DNA of 32,000 nt from Promethearchaeum syntrophicum (GTDB taxonomy: Archaea; Asgardarchaeota; Lokiarchaeia; Sigyniarchaeales; Promethearchaeaceae), in contig NZ_CP042905.2 in the NCBI RefSeq assembly GCF_008000775.2, positions 3,660,001-3,692,000 on the forward strand, written 5' to 3'. The notes beneath the pieces were generated by a model. That model was not told the origin of the DNA, ran no database searches, and saw only the letters and a program-made list of their open reading frames with translations. Positions 1 to 10,600 of this stretch are shown here, one piece after another (position 1 is the first letter of the stretch; the number at the start of each line of letters is the position of its first letter). Made by a program: the position numbers and the translations under genes.

Positions 1-277
1 CATGTATTACTGGTCTTGCTAACTCAATATGACCAAAATGACCATGGCATGCTCCCACTCGATTACCACATGTGGCGCATTTTTGACCAGGTTCTATGGT
101 ACCGAGTTTAAGATCCATTAACCCTGATTTAATAGGGAGACCATCCTCATCATATGTATCAGCCGTAATTATTCTGCCAACAGACATTTTCCTGATTTCT
201 TCAGGTGAAAGCAAGCCAAATCGAATTTTCTCGATTATTTTCAGAGTTTCAACATTTAATGAAATTTTTACAACACC
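1..277 (-). CDS. rpoA1: DNA-directed RNA polymerase subunit A' (Rpo1N), N-terminal fragment truncated by the window edge
   Basis: Reverse-strand translation [89 protein letters not shown] has the hallmark [14 protein letters not shown] and CxxC...[14 protein letters not shown] zinc/clamp motifs. The frame is open from ~277 to 1; the exact start codon is unclear. Confidence 0.95.
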
Positions 278-536
278 CTATATGGTTTAAAATTTTTTTT
301 TTTTAAAATAAGAAATTGAAAGTGATTAAAAGTCCTTCCACTGTTCATGAACACGATATCAAAATACTCGATTTGTAAAAAATTTTTCGTTTTATTTAAA
401 AATTAAACAAGAAATGTGTTAAATAATGAGAGTAGGGAATGAATTCAATAAAAATCTCGGTAAACCATAAAAGAAAATTAGCAATTTCTATGATTTCACC
501 GAAATCTGATATAATTTTAAAAAAAGATAAATTATT

Positions 537-1283
537 CTATTCCTCCTTATGCAAAGCCCAGAAAATCAATATCGGTGAAACGAATAAGAATATTTGTCCG
601 ATCATTGAAGTCCAAAGAGAATATGTCTGAAAAAGTAAACTCTTAAACATAAAATATAGTAAACCAATAGGAATTAAATCAATCCCAATAACTAAACCAA
701 GCATTTTTTTTTTAGATACGCGATCTTCGGTTTTTTTAATTGTCTTACTAAGATTTACCGTTGCTATTATGTAAAATATAAAAGGAATAGCTGAAGCAAT
801 TGCACTTATTACTGAAAATCCTTCTGCACTTGTAAATACTCCTGAAGGAGGTAAGGTTTTCGGATCGATTACATCTTTATTTTCATCCAATACCTGTAAA
901 GGCGCTTCAATTATCATCAATACTGTTGAAATCAATAATAATGTAATTTCCACGAATTGATATTTTTTCTTCTTTACTCTTAATTCACCATGGGTTATTA
1001 TATTTGAAGCGTTATATACCAAACCAGAATACAAATTAAGCATAACTTTTTGGATAGCCCATAAAACTGAACATATTAAAAAACTCGTATAACTAGCGGG
1101 TGCAAATGTGAATGAAAAACTATCAAATGTACTAAAAATAGCCCAGCTTAAAAATGCAAAGAAAAAAATCTTATTTAGAAGATAATTACTTTCGCGTTTA
1201 ATTCTAAATGCAAAAAACAAAAACATCATTGCCACAAACATTTTTGGAATGATTAACCAAACTCTTACGGGATCAACAATCAT
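537..1283 (-). CDS. Polytopic membrane protein (about 6-7 TM helices), unknown function
   Basis: 248 aa ORF with multiple hydrophobic segments (e.g. FVAMMFLFFAF, FVEITLLLISTVLMII, IGQIFLFVSPILIFWAL). No recognised family motif. Confidence 0.75.
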   Translation of the reverse strand: MIVDPVRVWLIIPKMFVAMMFLFFAFRIKRESNYLLNKIFFFAFLSWAIFSTFDSFSFTFAPASYTSFLICSVLWAIQKVMLNLYSGLVYNASNIITHGELRVKKKKYQFVEITLLLISTVLMIIEAPLQVLDENKDVIDPKTLPPSGVFTSAEGFSVISAIASAIPFIFYIIATVNLSKTIKKTEDRVSKKKMLGLVIGIDLIPIGLLYFMFKSLLFQTYSLWTSMIGQIFLFVSPILIFWALHKEE

Positions 1284-1341
1284 ATTAAATATAAAAGATT
1301 AAAATACCTAAGTAATTCACTTAAAATAAATTCTATTTAAC

Positions 1342-1749
1342 CTATGGACAAAAAAAACACTTATCCTTAAGTTTTTGTTCTTTTATCCAAGCTTTCAATC
1401 CAATTTTCTTCATTTTTTTTGAATTTTCTATTGTTCTCCTATGATGATCCATTCCATCGGAACCAAATTTATTTACAAGCGAACAAGGAAAATCCGTACA
1501 TTCAAAACAATAATTAAGATTTTTATTTAAAGCGCAAGCTCTCATCTTACAATCAGAACTCCAATGGACATCATTTGAACTTCTACATCCATTACATACA
1601 AATGAATCAGGATTTACTATTTCATTCCTTTGTTCTTTGAAATAATCTAAGAGTTCCTTTAAAATTGCTTGATCACCATGCGACGCAAGATAAATATCAC
1701 ATTTTGAACAATTTAAGCCGCAAATTGAAATATTCCAGTTTTCAATCAT
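1342..1749 (-). CDS. Small cysteine-rich protein, DUF3795-like
   Basis: 135 aa; starts ...ISICGLNCSKCDIYLAS with further Cys pairs (CNGCRSS, CFECTDFPCSLV, CFFC), typical of the DUF3795 pattern CGxxCxxCxxY...C..CxxFPC. Confidence 0.75.
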   Translation of the reverse strand: MIENWNISICGLNCSKCDIYLASHGDQAILKELLDYFKEQRNEIVNPDSFVCNGCRSSNDVHWSSDCKMRACALNKNLNYCFECTDFPCSLVNKFGSDGMDHHRRTIENSKKMKKIGLKAWIKEQKLKDKCFFCP

Positions 1750-1839
1750 AATATTTAATTAATATTCTTGAATTAAAAATATTACATTTGCTTTAAGGAA
1801 CATTTAAATTAACAATGAAATTAGTCTTCCAAGAGAGAA

Positions 1840-2871
1840 ATGCAAATATCCAACTCTAAAAATGTCCTTTTTATTTGGGAAGTGCCAATTCGGCTAAAAA
1901 AGTACTTGAATAAACATTTAGATAAAATTTCTAATCTAAAGCTTATCTTTCCACAAAATATTTCAAAAGAAAACTTAGAAAATCTAGCGTCCGAAGCTAA
2001 TGTAATAATAGGATGGCGTCCGTGGAAAAAACTTTTAGATCATGCACCTAAATTAAAATTATATATTAACCCTGGAACTGGAATCCAACATTTAATCCCA
2101 ATATTTAGAGAATTCAATAGTAAACAAACGAATATTATTCTTGTGAATGGTCATGGAAATTCATTATTTGTTGCACAACATGTAGTAGGTACCTTAATCT
2201 CTCTAATGAACAAAATTATTCTTCATCATAATTGGATGAAAGAAGGAAAATGGAGAACCGGTGATGAACAAGGGAAATCAACTTCTCTTTGGAAAAAAAA
2301 AGTTGGATTATTAGGATATGGCGCAATTAATCAGAAAGTTCATCAATTATTGTTAGGATTTCAGTGCAATTTTTCAATTTTAAAAAGGTCTTGGAGTAAT
2401 CCCAATGAGCCACTTATCTCATCCGCTGATAAATATCAACCTAATCAAATATTAGATTTTATGAAAAAAATTGATATTTGTATCGTGGCCGTTCCACAGA
2501 CAGCAAAAACCATTGATTTAATTGGAAGAAAAGAATTGGAACTGCTAGGAAAAGAAGGATATTTGGTAAATGTCGCTCGAGGTAAGATAATAAATGAAAA
2601 AGATTTATACGAGTGTTTAGAAGCGAAGGTAATATCTGGGGCAGCTATTGATGTATGGTATAATTATCAACCTGAAGAAGATAAGGAGGGAAAAAAATTC
2701 CCTTATTATTATCCATTTCACACTCTTGATAATATTGTGCTTTCACCCCATCGTGCAGCATCGCCATTTGATAATTTAGAGCGTTGGGATGAAGTTATTG
2801 AAAATTTGAAAAAAATTGCAAATAATCAAACAGATTTCTTGAACGTGGTTGATCTCGAAACAGAATATTAA
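1840..2871 (+). CDS. D-isomer-specific 2-hydroxyacid dehydrogenase family protein
   Basis: 343 aa with NAD-binding motif VGLLGYGAINQKVHQLL, VAVPQTAKTIDLIGRKEL, LVNVARGKIINEKDLYECLEAKVISGAAIDVWY, and a C-terminal active-site-like LSPHRAAS. Confidence 0.9.
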   Translation: MQISNSKNVLFIWEVPIRLKKYLNKHLDKISNLKLIFPQNISKENLENLASEANVIIGWRPWKKLLDHAPKLKLYINPGTGIQHLIPIFREFNSKQTNIILVNGHGNSLFVAQHVVGTLISLMNKIILHHNWMKEGKWRTGDEQGKSTSLWKKKVGLLGYGAINQKVHQLLLGFQCNFSILKRSWSNPNEPLISSADKYQPNQILDFMKKIDICIVAVPQTAKTIDLIGRKELELLGKEGYLVNVARGKIINEKDLYECLEAKVISGAAIDVWYNYQPEEDKEGKKFPYYYPFHTLDNIVLSPHRAASPFDNLERWDEVIENLKKIANNQTDFLNVVDLETEY

Positions 2872-2877
2872 AAAAAA

Positions 2878-5628
2878 TTATTTTTTAACTTGTTTTTTCG
2901 TTTCATCTTCAACTTGTTCTTTAGCTAGTTTTTTCGCTTGATCTTTGACTTGATCTTTAATTTGTTCTTTCATCGTTTCCTCAATATTTTCTTCAATATT
3001 CTTCTGAATCCCTTTGATTCTTTTCTCATTCTTTCTTTTTTTACGAATAATTACCGTACTTACCGAGATCATAACTGCTCCTGAAGCTCCAGCGATTATA
3101 TATATTATCGTTGGATCTGGAGGATTCTCACCTTCTTCTTTGATGACAGCAAAATTTACAGTAATCTTTACAGATCCACCATTATCATCATGTAATGTGA
3201 AAATAATCGAAGTATTTCCATATTGATTAAGAACACTCATAAATAGAAAGGCGCTATTTGATTCATTGCTAATTGTGACTAAATCTTCATTATAAACTTC
3301 CACTGTCCAATATAAATCTCCCTCATCAGTTTCAAAATCTAATTGATATGGAGAAAGGTCTACGATAAATTGATCAAAATCTTCGTTCTGAGTCCAAGTA
3401 TCCAAAGATTGTAATTCTGACACATTAATTATGAATGGTCCTGAATTTATTATTTGAATAGTTCTTAGCATTGACTCAGTTGAATTTTCATAACCATCAA
3501 AAGCCCATACCTCAATGGATACTTCATCTCCAACTGAAAAACCATCTAGCGAGGAAAACTCATTCCCAACTCCAGAAAGTACTTCTATACCGTTTATACG
3601 CCATAAATAATAGTAATTCTCAGAATCACTGACATCATAGTCATTCCAACCATCTATTGTGACGACAAGTGTATTGTTTTGATAACATTGATCTATTGTA
3701 TGATTTCCTGTTATTGTCATTGTTGTAAAAGTGGGAAGTGAATTTGAAATAATTAGAGGGATAGTTGTATTTACCGGATCTCCCGAATCGTAGCCATCAA
3801 AAGGAGTCACTTCAACAATAATTATATCATTCATAACAAAGAAAGTAGAATCTAACGTATTTCCAATCTGACCGGAAATTTCAGTCCCATTTAGAAACCA
3901 ACGATACGAATAACCAGCCAAATGACCATCAGCATCAGTCCAGCCTGTAGGAATTGCAGTGAGATCAGATTCTGTATATGCAATTCCCGGAGTAATGGAA
4001 ACGCTGGTAACAGAGGGTCGTGTATTTAAAATAGTTAGAGGAATAGTAGAATTTACCGGATCTCCCGAATCGTATCCGTCAAACGGGGTTACTTCCACAA
4101 TGATTATATCATTCATAACAAAGAAATTAGAATCTAACGTAACTCCAAACTGACCAGAAATTTCTGTGCCATTTAGGAACCAACGGTAGGTATATCCAGC
4201 CAAATGACCATCAGCATCAGTCCAACCAGTAGGAATTGCAGTGAGAGCAGATTCTGTATAGGCAGTTCCCGGATTAATGGAAACACCGGTAATAGAGGGT
4301 GGTGTATTTGATATTATTAGAGGGATAGTAGTATTTACCGGATCTCCCGAATCGTAGCCATCAAAGGGAGTCACTTCAACGATAATTATATCATTTATAA
4401 CAAAGAAAGTAGAATCTAACGTATTTCCAATCTGACCGGAAATTATAGTCCCATTTAGAAACCAACGATAGATATATCCAGCCAAATGACCATCATCATC
4501 AGTCCAGCCTGTAGGAATTGCAGTGAGGTCAGATTCTGTATAGGCGGTTCCTGGAGTAATGGAAACAGTGGTAATAGAGGGTGGTGTATTGATTATTGTT
4601 ACATTATCCCATTTGAAACCTGTTGCATTATTTACTCCATCACCAAGATAAACTCGCACAGAAACTCGATCCCACATAAAATATCCAGTCGTTAATTGAT
4701 CGGAAAGACCCCATTGTACAACTGTTTCATTGATCCACCATTGAAAATACAATATTAAATCATCTCCATCGGGATCAACCCCTGTTCCACTCATTGTAGC
4801 ATTTAAAATGTCAGTTACATTAGCAGGATTTGGAGTTATTTCTACATCTAAGGTTCCCCATACAGGACCAGAATTACCGATTGTTTGATTATCCGATAGA
4901 ATTGTGCTGTTTAGTTCATAATCAGATACAGTAACGTTAACTCGAATCATATCCCATCTTGCAAAGGGTACTCCTAAAGTATCGGAGGTAGTCCATTGAA
5001 CAATAGTTCCATTAATTTCCCAACTATAATATAAAGTTGTGGGATCTCCATCAGGATCTGAAGGAGTACCACCAACCAAAGTTGCAGTTAGAATATCAGT
5101 AATTTCGGCAGGATCAGGTAATATAATTACAGTAGTTCCCCCCCATTCAGGAGCTGTATTTGAAATTGTGAGCTCGGTAGAATTTACCGCAATTCCATAT
5201 TCAAAACCATCATACGGAGTCACTTCAACAATGATTATATCATCCTTAACAAAGAAAGTAGAAGCTAATGTAGGTCCTGTCTGACCGGAAATTTCTGTAC
5301 CATTTAGAAACCAACGGTAGATATATCCGGGAGAATGACCATCATCATCAACCGAATTTACCGCAATTCCATATTCAAAACCATCATACGGAGTCACTTC
5401 AACAATGATTATATCATCCTTAACATAGAAGGTAGATGATAATGTAGAATCAGTCTCTCCCCCAATTTCAGTTCCATTTAGAAACCAACGGTAGATATAT
5501 CCGGGAGAATGACCATCATCATCAACCCAATCAGCAGGATTTGCAGTGAGAAGAGAGCCAGTATATGCTGGATCAGGGGTAATGGAAACTCCACTAATAG
5601 TAGGAGGCGTATTTGCGATTAAAAACAA
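2878..5628 (-). CDS. Repeat-rich extracellular Ig/cadherin-like surface protein, second half, with C-terminal TM helix and charged cytosolic tail; probably frameshifted from the upstream ORF 5594-7564
   Basis: 916 aa with repeated ITPG.AYTESDLTAIPTGWTDADGHLAGYxYRWFLNGTEISGQ... units, then TM IYIIAGASGAVMISVSTVII and a Lys/Glu-rich tail. It lacks its own signal peptide; the N-terminus (MFLIANTPP) starts inside the previous ORF. Confidence 0.85.
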   Translation of the reverse strand: MFLIANTPPTISGVSITPDPAYTGSLLTANPADWVDDDGHSPGYIYRWFLNGTEIGGETDSTLSSTFYVKDDIIIVEVTPYDGFEYGIAVNSVDDDGHSPGYIYRWFLNGTEISGQTGPTLASTFFVKDDIIIVEVTPYDGFEYGIAVNSTELTISNTAPEWGGTTVIILPDPAEITDILTATLVGGTPSDPDGDPTTLYYSWEINGTIVQWTTSDTLGVPFARWDMIRVNVTVSDYELNSTILSDNQTIGNSGPVWGTLDVEITPNPANVTDILNATMSGTGVDPDGDDLILYFQWWINETVVQWGLSDQLTTGYFMWDRVSVRVYLGDGVNNATGFKWDNVTIINTPPSITTVSITPGTAYTESDLTAIPTGWTDDDGHLAGYIYRWFLNGTIISGQIGNTLDSTFFVINDIIIVEVTPFDGYDSGDPVNTTIPLIISNTPPSITGVSINPGTAYTESALTAIPTGWTDADGHLAGYTYRWFLNGTEISGQFGVTLDSNFFVMNDIIIVEVTPFDGYDSGDPVNSTIPLTILNTRPSVTSVSITPGIAYTESDLTAIPTGWTDADGHLAGYSYRWFLNGTEISGQIGNTLDSTFFVMNDIIIVEVTPFDGYDSGDPVNTTIPLIISNSLPTFTTMTITGNHTIDQCYQNNTLVVTIDGWNDYDVSDSENYYYLWRINGIEVLSGVGNEFSSLDGFSVGDEVSIEVWAFDGYENSTESMLRTIQIINSGPFIINVSELQSLDTWTQNEDFDQFIVDLSPYQLDFETDEGDLYWTVEVYNEDLVTISNESNSAFLFMSVLNQYGNTSIIFTLHDDNGGSVKITVNFAVIKEEGENPPDPTIIYIIAGASGAVMISVSTVIIRKKRKNEKRIKGIQKNIEENIEETMKEQIKDQVKDQAKKLAKEQVEDETKKQVKK
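3745..4592 (-). repeat. Three tandem coding repeats of 282 bp (94 aa) in the surface protein
   Basis: The marker string ccggatctcccgaatcg recurs at ~3774, 4056 and 4338, giving exact 282 bp spacing. Protein units INTPPSITTVSITPG..., ISNTPPSITGVSINPG... and LNTRPSVTSVSITPG... are highly similar. Outer bounds are approximate. Confidence 0.9.
5180..5527 (-). repeat. Direct tandem duplication, 2 x 174 bp (58 aa), within the surface protein
   Basis: gaatttaccgcaattccatattcaaaaccatcatacggagtcacttcaacaatgattatatcatccttaaca... begins at ~5180 and again at ~5354. Both encode VDDDGHSPGYIYRWFLNGTEI...DDIIIVEVTPYDGFEYGIAVNS. Confidence 0.9.
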
Positions 5629-7564
5629 AATTTATTGATTGATTTTGGTAATAGGTCTTATTACATGTAATTTTAATGGTGTTTTCCCCCTCAGAGAAGC
5701 TGGAATTTACAGTAATCGATATATTATATTTACCATCCACTCCCCCCCCATTTACAGTATATTCACTAGCACCGATCCAATAGTGAATCGTAGCATCATT
5801 TATTGGATTTCCATTACTTGGTGTGTTCTCTTGTAGATCTTCGTAGTATACTGTGATGTTAAATTCTTCATCCGCAACATACAGCTTTGATACAGAATTA
5901 TTCTCAGGAGATATAATAGAGGTTGAAGTATTAGCAAATATGTATAGATTTTTCTCATCTAGGGATGCTTTTCCTTCGGTGTTATTCCACCAAGATTGAA
6001 GAGTATATAGACCATAAGTTGTGCCAACATTTGTACTTAGATCCCAAGAATCAAAAACTACTGAACTAACGCTAGTAACCGTTTTCTTCTCTGGTCCATA
6101 GACGGTTGTCCCATTAGGAAAGAAGATCTCCAGAAATACATCTCCCGATATTGATTCGCTGAAAGTTGCATTGGGTGTGATTACATCCTGATAATATGCA
6201 GTATTTGTATTCACACCAGATTTAAGTGTTTCCAAACCATTTCCCAAATTAGAGGAAGAGGAGTATAGGATCCAATTTCCATCGGTCGCTTTAGTATCAT
6301 AAACACTGACAATTTTTGATGACCCATTTAGAAATGTGTTATCTATCGCTTTTGATATGGAATCATTTTTCAAATCATAGGCAGTCCAGCTTGCGGGAAT
6401 GGTAAAATTCAACGTATTATTATTCAATCGGTGATCGAATGCAGTAAAATTGGCTTCGGATTCCCAATAAACGTCAGAACCGCTTTCAACCGTATAAGTA
6501 GTATTTGCAATCATGGATTTAGTATAATTTACTTGAGTACTATTAACTTCAAGGGCAAAATTATACCAATCCGAATTAAATGAATATTCAATTTGATTAT
6601 TGATTCCAGTATCCCCCGTTTTATTCCAAAACCCAGAATTGTTAGTCGGAATGTTAAGATTATCAAAAACTAGAGTATTATTGATATTAAGATTGATTTC
6701 AGAAGGAATTATATAAGTTTTATTTAAGGTTAGTCCAACTTTAAGACCATAATCATAAGGTAATTGACTAGTCCATCCACTTGGACCAAATTGCGTTAAA
6801 GAAATTGAATTATTAAGATCACCACCACTATCACTTCTGTAAAACCAATCTCCTCTAAAAGTACTTTGACTCCCTAATTTATATAATCCAATAAACCAAT
6901 TATTCTTATAAGTTTCTGAAGTATCTAAATAAGTTGAAGAATTTAATTGAAAAGTTGAATTACTCCATTGCTGATCAGTATCGCTAACAAAAATACTTCC
7001 AATTTCTTCAATGGAAGAATAATCAGGTAATAATTCATCTGTGCAATTAAAAAGAACAATTCCTAAATAACCACTATCCCACCCCGTTTGTTGTTTCACA
7101 AAAAAACTTGCATTATTGATGAAGCAACTTGTAGATGTAGTAAAAGATGCTACATAGTAAAGATCATCAATGTATTGAGATCCAGCTTGGGTTTCTTCAA
7201 CAATTAATGTATGATTAGAAATAGTTAAATCGGAGATGCTCAGATTCACATATGATGTAGAAAAATCTGTTGAATTAGGAGCAGGAACTATTAATGAATT
7301 TGAAATTTGATTAATACTTCTTGTAGTCAAATTATTATAAGCTTGATGGAGAGTAACATTAATATTATCAACTTGTCCTGAAGAATTTGTTACATAATCT
7401 TGGGAAAATGGTGAAACTTCAATTAAATTTTCTTTAAAATTAGAAATATTTTCAGGATTTTCATTTAAATTATTTTTTTTAAAATCGTTGTTTTGAGTAT
7501 ATACTAAATTTCCCGCTAAAATTATTAGAATTATAATGATTACGCTTTTCTTCTTCATAAACAT
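5594..7564 (-). CDS. Secreted/surface protein N-terminal part (signal peptide, N-glycosylation-rich ectodomain); paralog of the N-terminus of 7695-13250; likely the 5' half of the 2878-5628 gene
   Basis: 656 aa; signal MKKKSVIIIILIILAGNLVYTQ. Shares NSSGQ..NIN.T.HQAY.N, DQQWSNSTFQLNS and FRGDWFYRSDSGGD...NS with the neighbour, plus a ~95 aa identical block. Ends abruptly (...NFVFNRKYASYY*) in the overlap with the next ORF. Confidence 0.85.
   Translation of the reverse strand: MFMKKKSVIIIILIILAGNLVYTQNNDFKKNNLNENPENISNFKENLIEVSPFSQDYVTNSSGQVDNINVTLHQAYNNLTTRSINQISNSLIVPAPNSTDFSTSYVNLSISDLTISNHTLIVEETQAGSQYIDDLYYVASFTTSTSCFINNASFFVKQQTGWDSGYLGIVLFNCTDELLPDYSSIEEIGSIFVSDTDQQWSNSTFQLNSSTYLDTSETYKNNWFIGLYKLGSQSTFRGDWFYRSDSGGDLNNSISLTQFGPSGWTSQLPYDYGLKVGLTLNKTYIIPSEINLNINNTLVFDNLNIPTNNSGFWNKTGDTGINNQIEYSFNSDWYNFALEVNSTQVNYTKSMIANTTYTVESGSDVYWESEANFTAFDHRLNNNTLNFTIPASWTAYDLKNDSISKAIDNTFLNGSSKIVSVYDTKATDGNWILYSSSSNLGNGLETLKSGVNTNTAYYQDVITPNATFSESISGDVFLEIFFPNGTTVYGPEKKTVTSVSSVVFDSWDLSTNVGTTYGLYTLQSWWNNTEGKASLDEKNLYIFANTSTSIISPENNSVSKLYVADEEFNITVYYEDLQENTPSNGNPINDATIHYWIGASEYTVNGGGVDGKYNISITVNSSFSEGENTIKITCNKTYYQNQSINFVFNRKYASYY
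6271..6571 (-). repeat. Copy A of a ~301 bp near-identical segment shared with 11933-12233
   Basis: Both copies read tccaatttccatcggtcgctttagtatcataaacactgacaattttt...aagggcaaaattataccaatc. One difference seen by eye (aacgtattat vs aacgtgttat). Confidence 0.85.
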
Positions 7565-7694
7565 CGCTTACTATTAATAATTTAGCTTTTACTTAATTAA
7601 ATCTTGAGAATATTTTGTAATTGTAAGGAAAAAAACTGAAATGATTTAAAATGGAACACAAAAAAATAAAGAAAATAAAAAAAAACATTTCAAA

Positions 7695-10600
7695 TTAATC
7701 TCGTGGAATAAATAATGCGTCTTCTAACGTTTCAGCATATTGTTCATTAATCAAAGCATTATCGTGATCACCATTTGCTCTTAATTTAGCTGATTCTGCT
7801 TTATAATCTTGGATAATTTTTTCAAGATTTGGAATTTTTCTAAACAGTGCTTCAATTTTTAAGGATAATTTAATTGCATTTTCAGCATCCCCAACTTGAC
7901 AATATGTGTTTAGAGCCTGCTGATAAACAACTAAGCAATTGACATAATCTTCCTTTTCTTCTGCTTCTTTGGCATATTCTAAATATTGTTGTGTTTTTAA
8001 TTTTAATTCAGAAATTCGTGTAGCAGTTTCTTGTATATAAACTTCATTACTATCCTCTATAACATCTTGAATTTCATCCAAAACGAAATGATATTTTTTT
8101 ATATTTTCCGATTCAGATACTTGCCCAAATTTAAAGAGAAAATTTGAAATTATAAGTAATTTTGTTGTTAGTTCATTCCTTAATACCATATCTTGAGATT
8201 TTTGTGCTTTTTTCCATTTGGATAATAATTTCTTACGCTGGTTAACTAAATGATCTTTAGTTAGGAAATCTTCAGCAGTAGGAACTTGTTTAGTCTGCTT
8301 TTTGATTTCCGCAACCTTCTTGGTAAACTCTTTAATTAAAATTTCAACATCTAGGAAACCTAATTTAAATAAATTATGTGCTGCGTCAAGGACTTTTCCA
8401 TATTCGGCTAATGCATTATTGAAATCTTTCATTTTTTCATATTTTTTTCCTTGTTTTTGGGATTGCTTAATTGTTGTTCGATATTTATCCACCGTTGTAG
8501 TAATAACAAGATTTCCATATTTTTTACCAGAAGAATCCATATTCCATTGGTATGAAATGATTTCAGCTATTTCATAAAATCTAATACTATTATTGAAATC
8601 TTGCTCTTTTAATGCACTTCTGGCTTGTTTATCAAGACTTTTAATTTCCTTTTTAGCTTCTTTTATATCTTTGAATTTTTTTGCAGTAATTGTTTCCCCA
8701 GATATTTCAGTTGTTATGGTGATACTCTGCATTAAGGAACTTAAAATTACTTCTCTTTCTGCTGAAGAAAGAACTAACAATTCCTTCAATAAATCTTGTT
8801 TTTCTTGATCGGTTTTATTCGGAACCACTGAAACTCTTTCAGCTAATGTTCGAATTTCCTGATCGCTCAATTCTTGTTCTTCAAGTTTCTCGATTTTTAT
8901 GGGAATTAAAACTTTGCATTCAAGCAAATCATTGATAGCTAGAACAATTTCAGCAGATTCTTTTTTGGTTTGTTCAATAGAATCTGCAAGCAATTGGGCA
9001 AGAAATAGAAATTTTCTGTCTTCCGAAACCAGCCCTCGAGCAATCGATAGAATTTGTTTACAAAAGGAATTTCTTAAATTCTTTTCCAATTTTGAGTCTA
9101 CAGTTATTTCATGTGGAAGGATAACTGAAGTATGCAAAACCTCATCGATTAAATCCGGTGTATCTTGGAATATATTTAATTGTCCTTTCCACATTTGTAA
9201 CGTTAATTGGTAGTGTGCTTCAAATTTTGCAATAAATTTAGCAAGATTTCTTTTCATATACGGAGATGCAGGTTTACCTAAAACAAGAGTAACCCTAATA
9301 TAATCCCCATCAGAAAAGAGTAAAACCTTATCTCCATAGGATAATTCATTTAAGCTTTTATGGGTTTTTAGCTCTTTCCCAAAAGACTGAACAGCAGTTA
9401 AAAATCCACTAATTAAATCTGGATCGAGCATTTCGTCCGCAAATGATTTGAAAAATATGCTGGTTCCTGTATTTTTATAGATAATCATCAAATGTTGTAA
9501 ATTAATAGCGTCATCAAAGATAGTTGCTGATGACATTATCATATCGGTGTACTTTAATTTGCGAGGTGCAATTATTTTCTTTTGAACAAGCACTGCAGAT
9601 CCAATTGCTAAAGCAAAAATTCCAATAGCCCAGATAGCCCAAGGAGGGAGAATAATAGGTTTAGTTACTATAATTGATACCTCATATGAATCTTCAGCAA
9701 TTCCAACTTGTGAACCGTCATATTCAATTATAATTTGTAAACTTTCAAAATTTCCTGTTGGTACTTGGAACCTGAAGGTCACATTACCTGAAGAATCTGT
9801 TGTCGCAAAAATTGGGATAAATTCAGAATTGTTGGTACTTAATTTGATTTGAGCGAATGCTAGAGGCACTTGGGAAGTCCCATTTGGATATGTAAGTGTA
9901 AAAGTTAGATTAACATAAGCCCCTTCTTCTATAGATTCAGGTAGATATTGGGTAAATGTAATAATCACTTCAGGAATTACACTTATATTAAATGTTAAAA
10001 AAGAATCATGATAGGTGTCCGAAGAAAAGTCTACTGTAATTATATAACTTCCAATTTCTAGATCACTAGAATTTAATTCCCAATAATAAATTCCATTTGA
10101 TTCCCAATTTGCATCATAATCGTTTCCATTAAAATGCAATAAAGAAATAGAAGCTCCACTAATTCTTTGATTATTTATCGTATCATTATAAAGTATGCCA
10201 ATTTCTAAATTATGAGATTCATAAACAGAATAATTACCACTGGTTTCAATAACGGTGATCAAATCTTGTTGAATCGAATCTATTACTGCTTCGGTAATTG
10301 CATCATTTATAGTTAAATTAAATGAATAGGTTGCATTTTCATAATTAAACAGAGAGGTTATTATTGTTATATTATGAATATCAGATGATAAACTCGGGAG
10401 AGTAATATTTCCAATATTTTTTCCCAAACCGATATTCCATGCAATAGATTGAGAAACCGAATTCCCATCAATGAATACATAATAAGTGAAAAGACCATCA
10501 TCATTATAATTTAAAGTTGTCATGATTACTTCTGTATCCACAAAATCAAAAGAGATCTGTAATTGTGGGTTATGCTGATAGAGAGAAAAATTATGTGCGG

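Noticed and set aside
96-290. Plus-strand 64 aa ORF at the left edge
   Set aside because: Exactly antisense to the clearly conserved rpo1N N-terminus; a shadow ORF.
439-630. Plus-strand 63 aa ORF
   Set aside because: Antisense to the C-terminal part of the polytopic membrane protein; no motif support.
1815-1859. Upstream ATG giving MKLVFQERNANIQL* before the 2-hydroxyacid dehydrogenase, considered as a frameshifted true N-terminus
   Set aside because: The in-frame ORF from 1840 already supplies a plausible first strand (NVLFIWEVP...), so no frameshift is needed.
3014-5284. Several 64-81 aa plus-strand ORFs (3014, 3959, 4486, 5039) within the surface protein gene
   Set aside because: Shadow ORFs recurring only because the underlying coding repeats recur.
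3745-5527. Periodic direct repeats considered as a CRISPR array
   Set aside because: Repeats are long (174/282 bp), in frame and protein-coding with no unique spacers; no cas genes nearby.
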